Shown here: piece after piece, positions 1 to 8,412 of the stretch
Numbering within the stretch: the stretch's first letter is position 1
How the letters are laid out: each line of letters starts with the position of its first letter
Source: Betaproteobacteria bacterium
GTDB taxonomy: Bacteria > Pseudomonadota > Gammaproteobacteria > Burkholderiales > Burkholderiaceae_C
NCBI GenBank assembly: GCA_009925955.1
Contig: RFPX01000001.1
Coordinates: 1-32,424, forward strand
Length of the DNA stretch: 32,424 bases
Reading direction: 5' to 3'
Notes under the pieces: model-generated
Databases searched by the model: none
What the model saw: only the letters and a program-made list of their open reading frames with translations
What the model was told of the DNA's origin: nothing
Program-made: the position numbers and the translations under genes

Positions 1-477
1 TTTCAGATGACGGGTGAGTTGCTGGGCCTGGACGGAATCAGCACCGACGCACACACGGTGACGGCGACCGCGCTCGAAGATTCGCAGGTGTGCATCATCC
101 CCTTCGATCAGCTCGAAGAGCTCTCCCGTGATTTCACCGAGCTTCAACGGCAATTCCACAAGATCATGAGCCGCGAGATCGTGCGCGACCACGGTGTCAT
201 GCTGCTGCTGGGCAGCATGAAGGCCGAGGAGCGTCTGGCGGCCTTCATGGTCAACCTGACCCAGCGGCTGCACAGCCGCGGCTACTCGTCTTCAGAAGTG
301 GTCTTGCGCATGACGCGCGAGGAAATCGGCAGCTACCTGGGCCTCAAGCTTGAAACCGTCAGCCGCACCTTTTCCCGCTTCCAGGACGAGGGTCTGCTGG
401 ACGTGAAACAGCGCCAGATCCGCATCCTCGACCAAGCACGCTTGAAGGACCTGGTGGGCGCAGCCACACCGTGCTGA
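1..477 (+). CDS. fnr: FNR/CRP-family (FNR/Anr-like) transcriptional regulator, C-terminal part; 5' end lies outside the window
   Basis: The frame is open to the window edge. The translation matches the C-terminal half of E. coli FNR as I recall it (MKAEERLAAFMVNLTQRL..., MTREEIGSYLGLKLETVSRTFSRFQDEGLL). The helix-turn-helix carries the E-x-x-S-R recognition motif (ETVSR) that reads TTGAT half-sites. The N-terminal Cys cluster is not visible, so O2 sensing itself cannot be confirmed. Confidence 0.85.
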   Translation, partial: FQMTGELLGLDGISTDAHTVTATALEDSQVCIIPFDQLEELSRDFTELQRQFHKIMSREIVRDHGVMLLLGSMKAEERLAAFMVNLTQRLHSRGYSSSEVVLRMTREEIGSYLGLKLETVSRTFSRFQDEGLLDVKQRQIRILDQARLKDLVGAATPC

Positions 478-483
478 CACCAA

Positions 484-520
484 GGGTGCGTCTGCGCACC
501 AAGCAAGGGCACAGACGCCC
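484..520. terminator. Imperfect GC-rich hairpin between convergent fnr and the last cbb3-accessory gene
   Basis: GGGTGCGTCTG ... CAGACGCCC inverted repeat (one bulged T) with a ~17-nt loop. It fills the 43-nt gap between two convergent stop codons. There is no clear U-tract. Confidence 0.3.
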
Positions 521-826
521 TCAGGGGCCGACCCTCACATCGTGGGTGAAGGTTTGCAGGGCGCGGCTGATACCGCAGGCCAAGGCGATGACCAACCAGA
601 ACAAGAAGAAGCTGACGGTGTAGACCGCCTGCACAGGCCAGTCGATGGCCTGCTGTCCGAACCAATGGAGCGCTGATGGGTCGACCACCGAAAACACCAA
701 GCCCTCCATAACACCGGCCATCAGAAAGGATGGCCAGGCGATCTGCATGGCCATCAGCTGAACCGGCCCGACGGGCGGTGTGGCGGGTGGATCCTCCTGG
801 GGATCGGAGTCGCTGGAGGCCTGCAT
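521..826 (-). CDS. Small hypothetical membrane protein (101 aa, two hydrophobic segments), last gene of the cbb3 string
   Basis: Internal ATG (824..826) of track ORF 521..1027. This ATG shares one base with the TGA of the upstream gene (TGATG). The product MQASSDSDPQEDPP...WPSFLMAGVMEGLVFSVV...AVYTVSFFLFWLVIALACGI has two TM-like stretches. I recognise no family. Confidence 0.55.
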   Translation of the reverse strand: MQASSDSDPQEDPPATPPVGPVQLMAMQIAWPSFLMAGVMEGLVFSVVDPSALHWFGQQAIDWPVQAVYTVSFFLFWLVIALACGISRALQTFTHDVRVGP

Positions 827-1158
827 CACGGGCGCGCCCGGCTGGTGGCTGCATGGTTGCGCGCCACTTGGGCGGGGGCGTGCGCGTCGTCGGCCCTGAC
901 ACCCTGTGCACGGTGGTCCGTCACGATCGGGTCTGGATGCTGGATGGCCAGCCACAGGGTCCAAAAGCCCGCCACCACCACCAACAGCGGGCCCGAAATC
1001 ACCAGCCAAACCATGGGGTGGCGCCACCAGGGCGCCTCCTTGGCCGCGACCGTTGAGGCCTCGCGCCGCTCGCTTTGGCTTTGGCGCTCATTGAGCTTGG
1101 GTGTTTCAGCCATCGTCATGGGCTCCTCGTGCCGCATCATCTGAGCAACGCCCCTCAT
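826..1158 (-). CDS. FixH/CcoH-like small membrane protein (110 aa)
   Basis: The ATG at 1156..1158 overlaps the ccoG stop (ATGA). The segment PWWRHPMVWLVISGPLLVVVAGFWTLWLAIQHPDPIV resembles the N-terminal TM region of FixH-type proteins encoded next to ccoG. The protein is much shorter than canonical FixH (~160 aa) and its C-terminus does not look like FixH. Confidence 0.6.
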   Translation of the reverse strand: MRGVAQMMRHEEPMTMAETPKLNERQSQSERREASTVAAKEAPWWRHPMVWLVISGPLLVVVAGFWTLWLAIQHPDPIVTDHRAQGVRADDAHAPAQVARNHAATSRARP

Positions 1159-2678
1159 CGCGGCACGATGAAGGTGCTCCGTTCCTTGATCGAGCCCAGG
1201 CTCGGCCCGCCCGTGTCATCAAACACCTGCACCACCATGGAAACCGGGTGGCTGCCGGGCTTGAGTTGCTGATGGGCTTCGGGTGGCAGCTCCAAAGTCA
1301 CGGCCACCCAGCGCGCCTGCGAGCCCTCCACCCGTGCCGAGGCCGACACACCGTCACCGTCCACCGCCTGACTCACCAGCCTGAGCCCGTCCAGTCCTTC
1401 CGCACTGAAGCGAAACAGCTGCGGCTGCTCCGACGCGTTCATCAACTGGAGTCGGTAGACGTTTTGCACCTGCCCATCGGGTCCGAGCCTGGCCAGGGAA
1501 GCACGGTCGCGAATCACATCCACCCGGAAGGGATGACGCAAGGCCAAGCTGGCGACCATCCCGGCCACGATCAAGGCCAGGATCGACCCGTAGACGAGCA
1601 CACGGGGCCGCAACACACGGCGCCACACCGATGGGCCAGAGCCGCTCAGGGCCATGTGGTTCTGGGTGTCGTAGCGAACCAACCCCCTCGGATAGTGCAT
1701 CTTGTCCATGACGGAATCGCAGACATCGATGCAGGCTGCACATCCGATGCACTCGTACTGCAAGCCCTGACGAATGTCGATGCCGGTGGGGCACACCTGC
1801 ACGCACAGCCCACAGTCGATGCAACGGCCCAATCCTTTGCCCTCATGGTCTTCGCGGCGGCCTCGGCTGCCCCTGGGCTCTCCGAGGGCCTGGTCATAGG
1901 TGATGACCAGGGTGTCCTTGTCGAACATGGCGCTTTGAAAGCGCGCGTAGGGGCACATGTACTTGCAGACCTGCTCGCGCAGGTGTCCGGCGAAGCCGTA
2001 GGTGGCCAGACCGTAGAACAGCACCCAGAACCACTCCCAGGGGCCAAACGCCAGGGTGAAGGACTCGGCCCACAACTGCCGAATCGGCGTGAAGTAGCCC
2101 ACGAATGTCAGACCAGTCCACAGGCTCAAAGCGATCCAGGCACCCTGTTTGAGCGACTTGCGCCACAGCTTGTCGAATGTCCATCCACCTTGGTCGCGCT
2201 TGATGCGCTCGCTGCGGTTGCCCTCCAGGCGGCGCTCGATCCACATGAAGATTTCGGTGTAAACCGTCTGAGGACACGCGTAGCCACACCACAGCCGCCC
2301 GGCCACAGCCGTGAACAAGAACAGCGTATAGGCCGCGATGATCAACAAGCCGGCCAGATAGATGAAATCCTGCGGATAGAGAACCAGGTCAAAGATGTAA
2401 AAGCGCCGTGCCTGCAGATCCAGCAAGACGGCCGGCCGCCCATTCCAGGGCAGCCAGGGAAGCCCGTAGAACAACAGCTGCGTGATCCAAACCAAGGCCC
2501 AACGCCAGCGCTGGTACCAACCCTTAACGGTCCTCGGGTGGATCTTCTCGTGCTTCTGATACAGCCACACCACACGAGCAGCCGCCTCAGGCCCTTCGGC
2601 TCCCGAGGCAGGCTGCTGCGGATGGACGGGAAGGATCAACGCGCAGCCACCGTTGACCGGGTGTTCGACAGGCCCCAC
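1155..2678 (-). CDS. ccoG: Cytochrome c oxidase accessory protein CcoG/FixG (membrane 4Fe-4S ferredoxin-type)
   Basis: Two ferredoxin motifs (CIDCGLCVQVCPTG and CIGCAACIDVC), several TM segments, and a position directly after ccoP. Start uncertain: GTG 2678 gives the longest ORF and overlaps ccoP by 43 nt; TTG 2639 overlaps the ccoP stop as TTGA. Confidence 0.9.
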   Translation of the reverse strand: MGPVEHPVNGGCALILPVHPQQPASGAEGPEAAARVVWLYQKHEKIHPRTVKGWYQRWRWALVWITQLLFYGLPWLPWNGRPAVLLDLQARRFYIFDLVLYPQDFIYLAGLLIIAAYTLFLFTAVAGRLWCGYACPQTVYTEIFMWIERRLEGNRSERIKRDQGGWTFDKLWRKSLKQGAWIALSLWTGLTFVGYFTPIRQLWAESFTLAFGPWEWFWVLFYGLATYGFAGHLREQVCKYMCPYARFQSAMFDKDTLVITYDQALGEPRGSRGRREDHEGKGLGRCIDCGLCVQVCPTGIDIRQGLQYECIGCAACIDVCDSVMDKMHYPRGLVRYDTQNHMALSGSGPSVWRRVLRPRVLVYGSILALIVAGMVASLALRHPFRVDVIRDRASLARLGPDGQVQNVYRLQLMNASEQPQLFRFSAEGLDGLRLVSQAVDGDGVSASARVEGSQARWVAVTLELPPEAHQQLKPGSHPVSMVVQVFDDTGGPSLGSIKERSTFIVPR

Positions 2679-3553
2679 ACGTAGCCGGCCAACACGTGGA
2701 TCTGCTCGGCCGTCAACAGCTTGTCCTGAGCCGGCATCACGTTGACCTTGCCCTTTTGGATGATGTTCACGATGGCCTGTTCACCCCACCCGTGCAACCA
2801 AACCCGGTCTCGAAGGTTGGGGGCGCCCAAGGCGGTATTGCCTCGCCCATCGGCCCCATGGCAGCCGGCACACACCGCGAACTTGGCCTTGCCAGCTTGT
2901 GCGGCCAAGCTGTTGTGCGGGCTTCCCGAGAGGCTCATGACGTAGTGCGCCACTTGGCGCGCGTCCTCTGCACTTCCCAAGGCCGCGGCCATGGGCGGCA
3001 TGTTCCCCACCCGCCCCTTGGTGATCGTCTCCTTGATCTGTTCCAGTGAACCACCATGCAACCAGTCGGCATCGGTGAGGTTCGGAAACCCCTTGCTCCC
3101 GCGGGCATCCGACCCATGGCAGGCGGCGCAGTGGTTGACAAACAAGCGCTCCCCAATGGCGCGGGCCTGCGGGTCCACCGCCAAGGCTGGCGCATCGAGC
3201 TCAACGAAGCGGGCGTACGTGCTGCTGAGCTCCGCCCTGCTCTGTGCCTGCTCGGCTTCCCACTGGGCCTGGCTGCTCCACTTCAGGAGGCCGGGGTTCG
3301 CACCCAGGCCCGGGTAAAGGGCGAGATAGACGGCGGCAAACACGACCGTGAGGACGAACAATCCCATCCACCACCGGGGCAGCGGGTTGTTGAGCTCACG
3401 AAGGTCCTCATCCCAAACGTGGCCCGTGGTGTTGTCGCCGGCCATCACCTTTCGACGGCTGGCCATCACCAGGAGGGCCAGACACGCGATGAGGGCCAAG
3501 ACCGTGGCCACCGCCACAAACAGGGCCCACCCGGGGGAAATGAAGTCAGCCAC
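2636..3553 (-). CDS. ccoP: cbb3-type cytochrome c oxidase subunit III, dihaem cytochrome c (CcoP)
   Basis: N-terminal TM helix plus two CxxCH haem c motifs (CAACHG, CAGCHG). Start placed at GTG 3553 (MADFISPGWALFVAV...), which overlaps the ccoQ stop by 8 nt. GTG 3562 or GTG 3622 are alternatives. Confidence 0.9.
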   Translation of the reverse strand: MADFISPGWALFVAVATVLALIACLALLVMASRRKVMAGDNTTGHVWDEDLRELNNPLPRWWMGLFVLTVVFAAVYLALYPGLGANPGLLKWSSQAQWEAEQAQSRAELSSTYARFVELDAPALAVDPQARAIGERLFVNHCAACHGSDARGSKGFPNLTDADWLHGGSLEQIKETITKGRVGNMPPMAAALGSAEDARQVAHYVMSLSGSPHNSLAAQAGKAKFAVCAGCHGADGRGNTALGAPNLRDRVWLHGWGEQAIVNIIQKGKVNVMPAQDKLLTAEQIHVLAGYVWGLSNTRSTVAAR

Positions 3554-3725
3554 CTTGTCCACCCTCCTGCCGATGGGGGGCTTCGACGCCCTCCCCCTCA
3601 AAGACCAATTGCGAGGCGGCACGGTGGGCCGGTAAAGCCTTGGCGCGCCACACGTGGGCCACCAGGCCCAGAAAGCAACCGAACCCCACCACGGTGATCA
3701 GGCTGCGCACATCGTTGATGTCCAT
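3546..3725 (-). CDS. ccoQ: cbb3-type cytochrome c oxidase subunit IV (CcoQ), 59 aa; absent from the supplied ORF track
   Basis: Hand translation of the minus strand gives MDINDVRSLITVVGFGCFLGLVAHVWRAKALPAHRAASQLVFEGEGVEAPHRQEGGQGG*. The MDIN..R....V N-terminus followed by a single TM helix, and the position between ccoO and ccoP, are typical of CcoQ. Confidence 0.7.
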   Translation of the reverse strand: MDINDVRSLITVVGFGCFLGLVAHVWRAKALPAHRAASQLVFEGEGVEAPHRQEGGQGG

Positions 3726-3747
3726 ATCGAACTTCCGCTGAGACTGT

Positions 3748-4368
3748 CTATTTGCGCGCCGTACCCAGCACCTGCAGGTAGGCCACCAACGCGTCCAGTT
3801 CGCTGCGGCCCTTGGCTGCGCTGATGGCGCCGGCGATGTCCTCGTCCGTGTAAGGATGTCCCAGGGTGCGCAAGGCCGTCATCTTGGCCGGCAGGATCTC
3901 GGCGTCCACCGCAGCCGTCTCCAACCATGGGTATGCCGGCATGTTGGATTCGGGCACCAAGTCACGGGGGTTGATCAGGTGCAGACGGTGCCACTCGTCG
4001 TTGTACTTGCCCCCCACGCGGTGCAGGTCGGGCCCCGTTCGCTTGCTGCCCCACTGGAAGGGCCGGTCGTAGACAAACTCGCCTGCCACCGATGCAGAGC
4101 CATAGCGCAGGGTTTCGGCACGGAAGGGCCGAATCATTTGCGAGTGGCAGTTGTAGCAACCCTCGCGCACATAAATGTCACGGCCGGCAAGCTGCAAGGC
4201 GGTGTAGGGCTGAAGACCCTCGATCGCCTGGGTGGTGGACCGTTGGAAGAACAAGGGGATGATCTCCACCATGCCGCCGACCGCCACGGTCAGCAAGATG
4301 AGCACGATCATCAACAGGCTGTTGGTCTCGATCCGCTCGTGACCGGTGGGCTTGGTACTGGCGTCCAT
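3748..4368 (-). CDS. ccoO: cbb3-type cytochrome c oxidase subunit II, monohaem cytochrome c (CcoO)
   Basis: [10 protein letters not shown], a TM helix, EIIPLFF and the haem motif CYNCHS. Start chosen at ATG 4368 because GAAGGA lies 6 nt upstream. ATG 4374 is possible. The TTG 4410 start in the track lies inside ccoN. Confidence 0.9.
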   Translation of the reverse strand: MDASTKPTGHERIETNSLLMIVLILLTVAVGGMVEIIPLFFQRSTTQAIEGLQPYTALQLAGRDIYVREGCYNCHSQMIRPFRAETLRYGSASVAGEFVYDRPFQWGSKRTGPDLHRVGGKYNDEWHRLHLINPRDLVPESNMPAYPWLETAAVDAEILPAKMTALRTLGHPYTDEDIAGAISAAKGRSELDALVAYLQVLGTARK

Positions 4369-4378
4369 GTTCATTCCT

Positions 4379-5830
4379 TCAAGCGTGTGCCAAGCGCAGC
4401 GGAATCGCAACGGCTTGTGGGCGTCCAGCCCGTACGGTCATCACCACGTTCCACCCCATGATCAGCATGCCGGCCAGGTACAGCACACCGCCACCCAAAC
4501 GGATCACATAGAAGGGGAAGGAAGCCTTCACGCTCTCGACGAAGCTCCAGGCCAGCGTGCCATCCGGATTGACTGCGCGCCACATCAGGCCTTGCATCAC
4601 GCCCGCGATCCACATGGCGGCGATGTACAAGACGATGCCGATGGTGGCCACCCAGAAGTGCAGTTCGATGGCCCGGGTGCTGTGCATCTTCGTTTGGCCG
4701 AACATGCGCGGGATCAGGTGGTACAGGGCACCCATGGAGATCAGGCCCACCCATCCCAGCGCACCGCTGTGCACGTGCCCGACCGTCCAGTCGGTGTAAT
4801 GGCTCAGGGCGTTGACCGTTTTGATGGACATCATGGGCCCCTCAAAGGTGCTCATCCCATAAAAGGACAGGCTGACGATCAGGAACTTCAGAATGGGATC
4901 GTCCCGCAGCTTGTGCCAAGCGCCTGACAGGGTCATGATTCCGTTGATCATCCCGCCCCAGCTGGGCGCCAGCAGCACCAGAGAAAACAACATACCGATG
5001 CTTTGCGCCCAATCGGGCAGCGCGGTGTAGTGAAGATGGTGGGGGCCTGCCCACATGTACGTAAAGATCAAGGCCCAGAAGTGGACGATCGACAGGCGGT
5101 AGGAGTACACCGGCCGCTCGGCCTGCTTGGGGATGTAGTAATACATCATCCCCAGGAAGCCCGCTGTGAGGAAGAAGCCCACTGCGTTGTGGCCGTACCA
5201 CCACTGCACCATCGCGTCCTGCACACCGGCATAGGCGCTGTAGCTCTTGGTCAGGCTCACCGGTATGGCCGCCGAGTTCACGATGTGCAGCAGGGCCACC
5301 GTCAAGATGAAGGCGCCGAAGAACCAGTTGGCCACGTAAATGTGCTGCACACGGCGTTGGGCCAGGGTTCCAAAGAACACAATGGCGTAGGACACCCACA
5401 CCACGGCGATCAACACGTCGATGGGCCACTCCAGCTCCGCATATTCCTTGCCACTGGTGACCCCCAAGGGCAGGCTCACAGCCGCCAGCAGGATCACCAA
5501 CTGCCACCCCAAAAAGGTGAACATGGCCAGCCCCGGCGCGAACAGACGCGTCTGGCAGGTGCGCTGCACCACGTGGTAGGAGGTCGCAAAGAGCGCACAT
5601 CCCCCGAACGCAAAGATCACGGCGTTGGTGTGCAGCGGACGCAAGCGGCCGTAGCTCAGCCACGGAACCCCAAAGTTCAACTCGGGCCAGGCCAACTGCG
5701 CGGCGATGAACACCCCCACGGCCATCCCAACCACACCCCAAACCACCGCAGCCAGGGCAAAGAGCCGAACGGTGCTGTCCGCATAGACCTCCCCCTGCGC
5801 CGGGACCGCTGTTGGTGCTCGTATGGTCAT
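4379..5830 (-). CDS. ccoN: cbb3-type cytochrome c oxidase subunit I (CcoN)
   Basis: 483-aa polytopic haem-copper oxidase subunit ([21 protein letters not shown]..., multiple conserved His). Start set at ATG 5830, which is preceded by a perfect AAGGAGG 6 nt upstream, rather than at the track start 5851. Confidence 0.93.
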   Translation of the reverse strand: MTIRAPTAVPAQGEVYADSTVRLFALAAVVWGVVGMAVGVFIAAQLAWPELNFGVPWLSYGRLRPLHTNAVIFAFGGCALFATSYHVVQRTCQTRLFAPGLAMFTFLGWQLVILLAAVSLPLGVTSGKEYAELEWPIDVLIAVVWVSYAIVFFGTLAQRRVQHIYVANWFFGAFILTVALLHIVNSAAIPVSLTKSYSAYAGVQDAMVQWWYGHNAVGFFLTAGFLGMMYYYIPKQAERPVYSYRLSIVHFWALIFTYMWAGPHHLHYTALPDWAQSIGMLFSLVLLAPSWGGMINGIMTLSGAWHKLRDDPILKFLIVSLSFYGMSTFEGPMMSIKTVNALSHYTDWTVGHVHSGALGWVGLISMGALYHLIPRMFGQTKMHSTRAIELHFWVATIGIVLYIAAMWIAGVMQGLMWRAVNPDGTLAWSFVESVKASFPFYVIRLGGGVLYLAGMLIMGWNVVMTVRAGRPQAVAIPLRLAHA

Positions 5831-5901
5831 GCCGCCCTCCTTCGCGAACAACTGAAATGCCTCAAGGTTTCAGATTGTTTCGACTCACCTTCGGGTTGGC
5901 C

Positions 5902-5915
5902 TTGATCTTCATCAA
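5902..5915 (-). promoter_or_regulatory. Perfect FNR/Anr box TTGAT-CTTC-ATCAA upstream of ccoN
   Basis: Exact match to the TTGAT-N4-ATCAA consensus. Its centre is ~78 bp upstream of the ccoN ATG, and it overlaps the ccoS stop codon (5912..5914). Confidence 0.75.
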
Positions 5916-6052
5916 GCCCGGTCCTCCAAGATGCGCACGCCTTCGCGCTCAAGCTCTTCAAACTGATCGCGGTGCACGGCCCAACCGAAGACGCCCAGGA
6001 TCAGCAGCACGAGCACGGCTGACAGCGGAATGAGGAGATAGAGCACTTCCAT
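5912..6052 (-). CDS. ccoS: cbb3 oxidase maturation protein CcoS/FixS, 46 aa; absent from the supplied ORF track
   Basis: Hand translation gives MEVLYLLIPLSAVLVLLILGVFGWAVHRDQFEELEREGVRILEDRA*. It has the typical CcoS N-terminus, a single TM helix and an acidic tail. The ATG lies 6 nt after the ccoI stop. Confidence 0.75.
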   Translation of the reverse strand: MEVLYLLIPLSAVLVLLILGVFGWAVHRDQFEELEREGVRILEDRA

Positions 6053-6058
6053 AGAGCC

Positions 6059-8332
6059 TCAGGGAGGGTTGACGGGTGTGGGTGAAGCGGGAGCGCCGGC
6101 TCGCCAGCTGTTGAGCACCACAAAGAGCGAACTCAAGGTCATGCCCAAACCGGCGGCCCAGGGGGGCAGCCAGCCGGCCAGGGCCAAGGGAATGGCCAAC
6201 AGGTTGTAGGCCAATGCCCAAAACAGGTTTTGTCGCATGACCCGCTGCGCGCGGCGTGCCTGAACAATGAGCTGAGGCAGCACGGCCAAGCGAGGCGGCC
6301 AGATCACCAGGTCGGCCTGTGCGGCCGCAGCGGCACTGCCCTGCCCCATGGCGATGGCCACATGCGCCTGGCCCAGGACCGGTGCATCGTTGATGCCGTC
6401 GCCCACCATGGCCACCACATGGCCCTGTCGCTGCAGGGACTCCACCAGCATCTGCTTGTCCGCTGGCGTAGCGCCGGCACGCAACACCGGCAACCCCAAC
6501 TGCGCGGCCACGCCAGCCACGCGCTCCGGTGCATCGCCTGACAACACGAAGCCGGTCACACCCAAGGATCGCAACGCCGCAATGGCCATCTGGGCGTCGG
6601 GGCGCATCGTGTCTTTCAGATCAAAGGCCACAAGCGGTCGGCCCACGGGGCCAAAGGCCAGTTGAAGGCTGGACACGGACAGCTGGACACCGGACGATTC
6701 AGCTGTCGCCGAGGTCCCGCTGACCCAATCCATGCGGCCCAAGCGCCAGCGCTGGCCGGTCTCATCGATGGCCTCCAGCCCCAAGCCTGGTCGCTCCTGA
6801 ACCTCTGACCACGCCCCTTTGTCCATCTCGCCACCCCCCGCCGCACGCACCAGCGCACGAGAGGCGGGGTGGCGAGACCACGCGGCCAAGGTGGCTGCGT
6901 GTGCCAGCAGAGGCGGCACTGCGGCTGCTCCCTCTGACAGGCGTGCGCCCACCACGCTCAATCGGTCCAGCGTCAGGGTGCCGGTCTTGTCGAACACCAC
7001 CTGGTCGATGCGCGCCAAGTCTTCCAGCGCCGACAGCCGTTGCAGCAGGACACCGTGTTGCGCAAACGCCCGGGCTGCGGCCGTCAACGCAGCGGGTGCG
7101 GCCAAGGACAAGGCACACGGGCAGGTCACCACCAGCACGGAGACCGCCACCCAAAGGGCTCGCGTGGGCTCGATCCACCACCAGACACCGGCGGAAAACA
7201 GGGCCAACGCCATGACGCCCCACAAAAAGGGAGCGGCCCAGCGGTCGGCCATCGCCACCAGGGGCGGCCGCTCCAGGGCGGCCCGCTCAGCCAAGTCCAA
7301 CAGGCGCGCCCAGTGCGTGTCCTGCCCAATGGCCGTGACGCAGACCTCGACCGGGTGGCCCTGGTTCACGCTGCCGCGCCACACAGACTGCCCTGGCTCT
7401 CGCACCACGGGCAGGGACTCCCCCGTCATCAAGGACTGGCTCACCGACGTGCTGCCTTTGAGGATCACCGCATCGGCTGCAAACCGCTCGCCGGCGGCCA
7501 CGCGCAGCCGGTCACCCACCTGAAGTGCCGAGGCGTCGACCCAGTCACTGCCACCGTGGTCCTTGAGGCGCTCCACGCGCTGCGGCACATCCCGCAGCAG
7601 ATGCTCCAAAGAGGCGGCGGCGTGGTGGCGCAGGCGCATCTCCACCCAGCGCCCGGTCAACAGGATCGCCACAAACATCGACAACGAGTCAAACACCACC
7701 TCGTCGCCCAAGGGCCCACCCGGGTTGAAGCTGACCACCGTGCTGGCGCCAAACATCACCACCATGCCCAACGCCACGGGCACGTCCATCACGATGCGCC
7801 GCTGGCGCAGCGCCCGCCAGGCCTGGCTCAAGAAGGGCGAGGCCGAGAACCACATCACGGGCAGGCACAGCAACCACTGGGCCCAGTTCAGCAGCCGCAA
7901 CAAGTCGGGCGCCATGTCCCCATCGGCGGCCACATAGGCCGGTGTGGCCAACATCATGACCTGCATGGCACAGAACCAAGCCACAAAGAGCTGCCACAGC
8001 AGTTGCTTGCGCTCTGCAGCCCTGACCTGGCCCTGATCAGCTACACCCGCTGGCTCGGCGCCGTAGCCAGCAGCCTGGATGGCCTGAACAATCTGCGCCA
8101 GGCTGCTCACATCCGGCCTCCAGCGCACCTGTGCCCTGTGCAACGAGGCGCTGACCCGAATCGACTGCACCCCCGGCACGTTTCGCACCGCAGCCTCAAT
8201 CAGCCCTGAACAGGCGGCGCAGTGCATGCCTTGGATCCACAGCGCCGCCTCTACGCTGCCCCCGGTGGCGTGCGGCGCTTCCCGCCGATCTTCGGCCTGC
8301 TGGGGCGGGGGGATGGATACTCCGTGAATCAT
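6059..8332 (-). CDS. ccoI: Copper-translocating P1B-type ATPase for cbb3 assembly (CcoI/FixI)
   Basis: HMA metal-binding domain (GMHCAACS), CPC transmembrane motif (TCPCALSLAAP), DKTGTLT phosphorylation site and the GDGINDAP hinge. Start placed at ATG 8332 (MIHGVSIPP...). The longer track ORF (to 8596) would run into the divergent DUF192 gene. Confidence 0.9.
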   Translation of the reverse strand: MIHGVSIPPPQQAEDRREAPHATGGSVEAALWIQGMHCAACSGLIEAAVRNVPGVQSIRVSASLHRAQVRWRPDVSSLAQIVQAIQAAGYGAEPAGVADQGQVRAAERKQLLWQLFVAWFCAMQVMMLATPAYVAADGDMAPDLLRLLNWAQWLLCLPVMWFSASPFLSQAWRALRQRRIVMDVPVALGMVVMFGASTVVSFNPGGPLGDEVVFDSLSMFVAILLTGRWVEMRLRHHAAASLEHLLRDVPQRVERLKDHGGSDWVDASALQVGDRLRVAAGERFAADAVILKGSTSVSQSLMTGESLPVVREPGQSVWRGSVNQGHPVEVCVTAIGQDTHWARLLDLAERAALERPPLVAMADRWAAPFLWGVMALALFSAGVWWWIEPTRALWVAVSVLVVTCPCALSLAAPAALTAAARAFAQHGVLLQRLSALEDLARIDQVVFDKTGTLTLDRLSVVGARLSEGAAAVPPLLAHAATLAAWSRHPASRALVRAAGGGEMDKGAWSEVQERPGLGLEAIDETGQRWRLGRMDWVSGTSATAESSGVQLSVSSLQLAFGPVGRPLVAFDLKDTMRPDAQMAIAALRSLGVTGFVLSGDAPERVAGVAAQLGLPVLRAGATPADKQMLVESLQRQGHVVAMVGDGINDAPVLGQAHVAIAMGQGSAAAAAQADLVIWPPRLAVLPQLIVQARRAQRVMRQNLFWALAYNLLAIPLALAGWLPPWAAGLGMTLSSLFVVLNSWRAGAPASPTPVNPP

Positions 8333-8398
8333 GAACGGCTGCGGTTGGGCGCGAGGCCCGCCATGCCACCATTCTTCTGGGCCGCCGAACGCCCCACT

Positions 8399-8412
8399 CT
8401 GACGCAGATCAA
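8399..8412 (-). promoter_or_regulatory. Degenerate FNR-like site CTGAC-GCAG-ATCAA upstream of ccoI
   Basis: 8 of 10 consensus positions match and the right half-site is perfect. Its centre is ~73 bp upstream of the ccoI ATG, similar to the spacing at ccoN. Confidence 0.35.

Noticed and set aside
1101-2684. A 527-aa plus-strand ORF opposite ccoG
   Set aside because: The ccoG frame carries the ferredoxin Cys motifs and TM helices, whereas this frame has none. It is a shadow ORF.
7040-8209. A 389-aa plus-strand ORF and several other 100-230-aa ORFs inside ccoI
   Set aside because: All are antisense or out of frame relative to a P-type ATPase that has every catalytic motif. None has motifs of its own.
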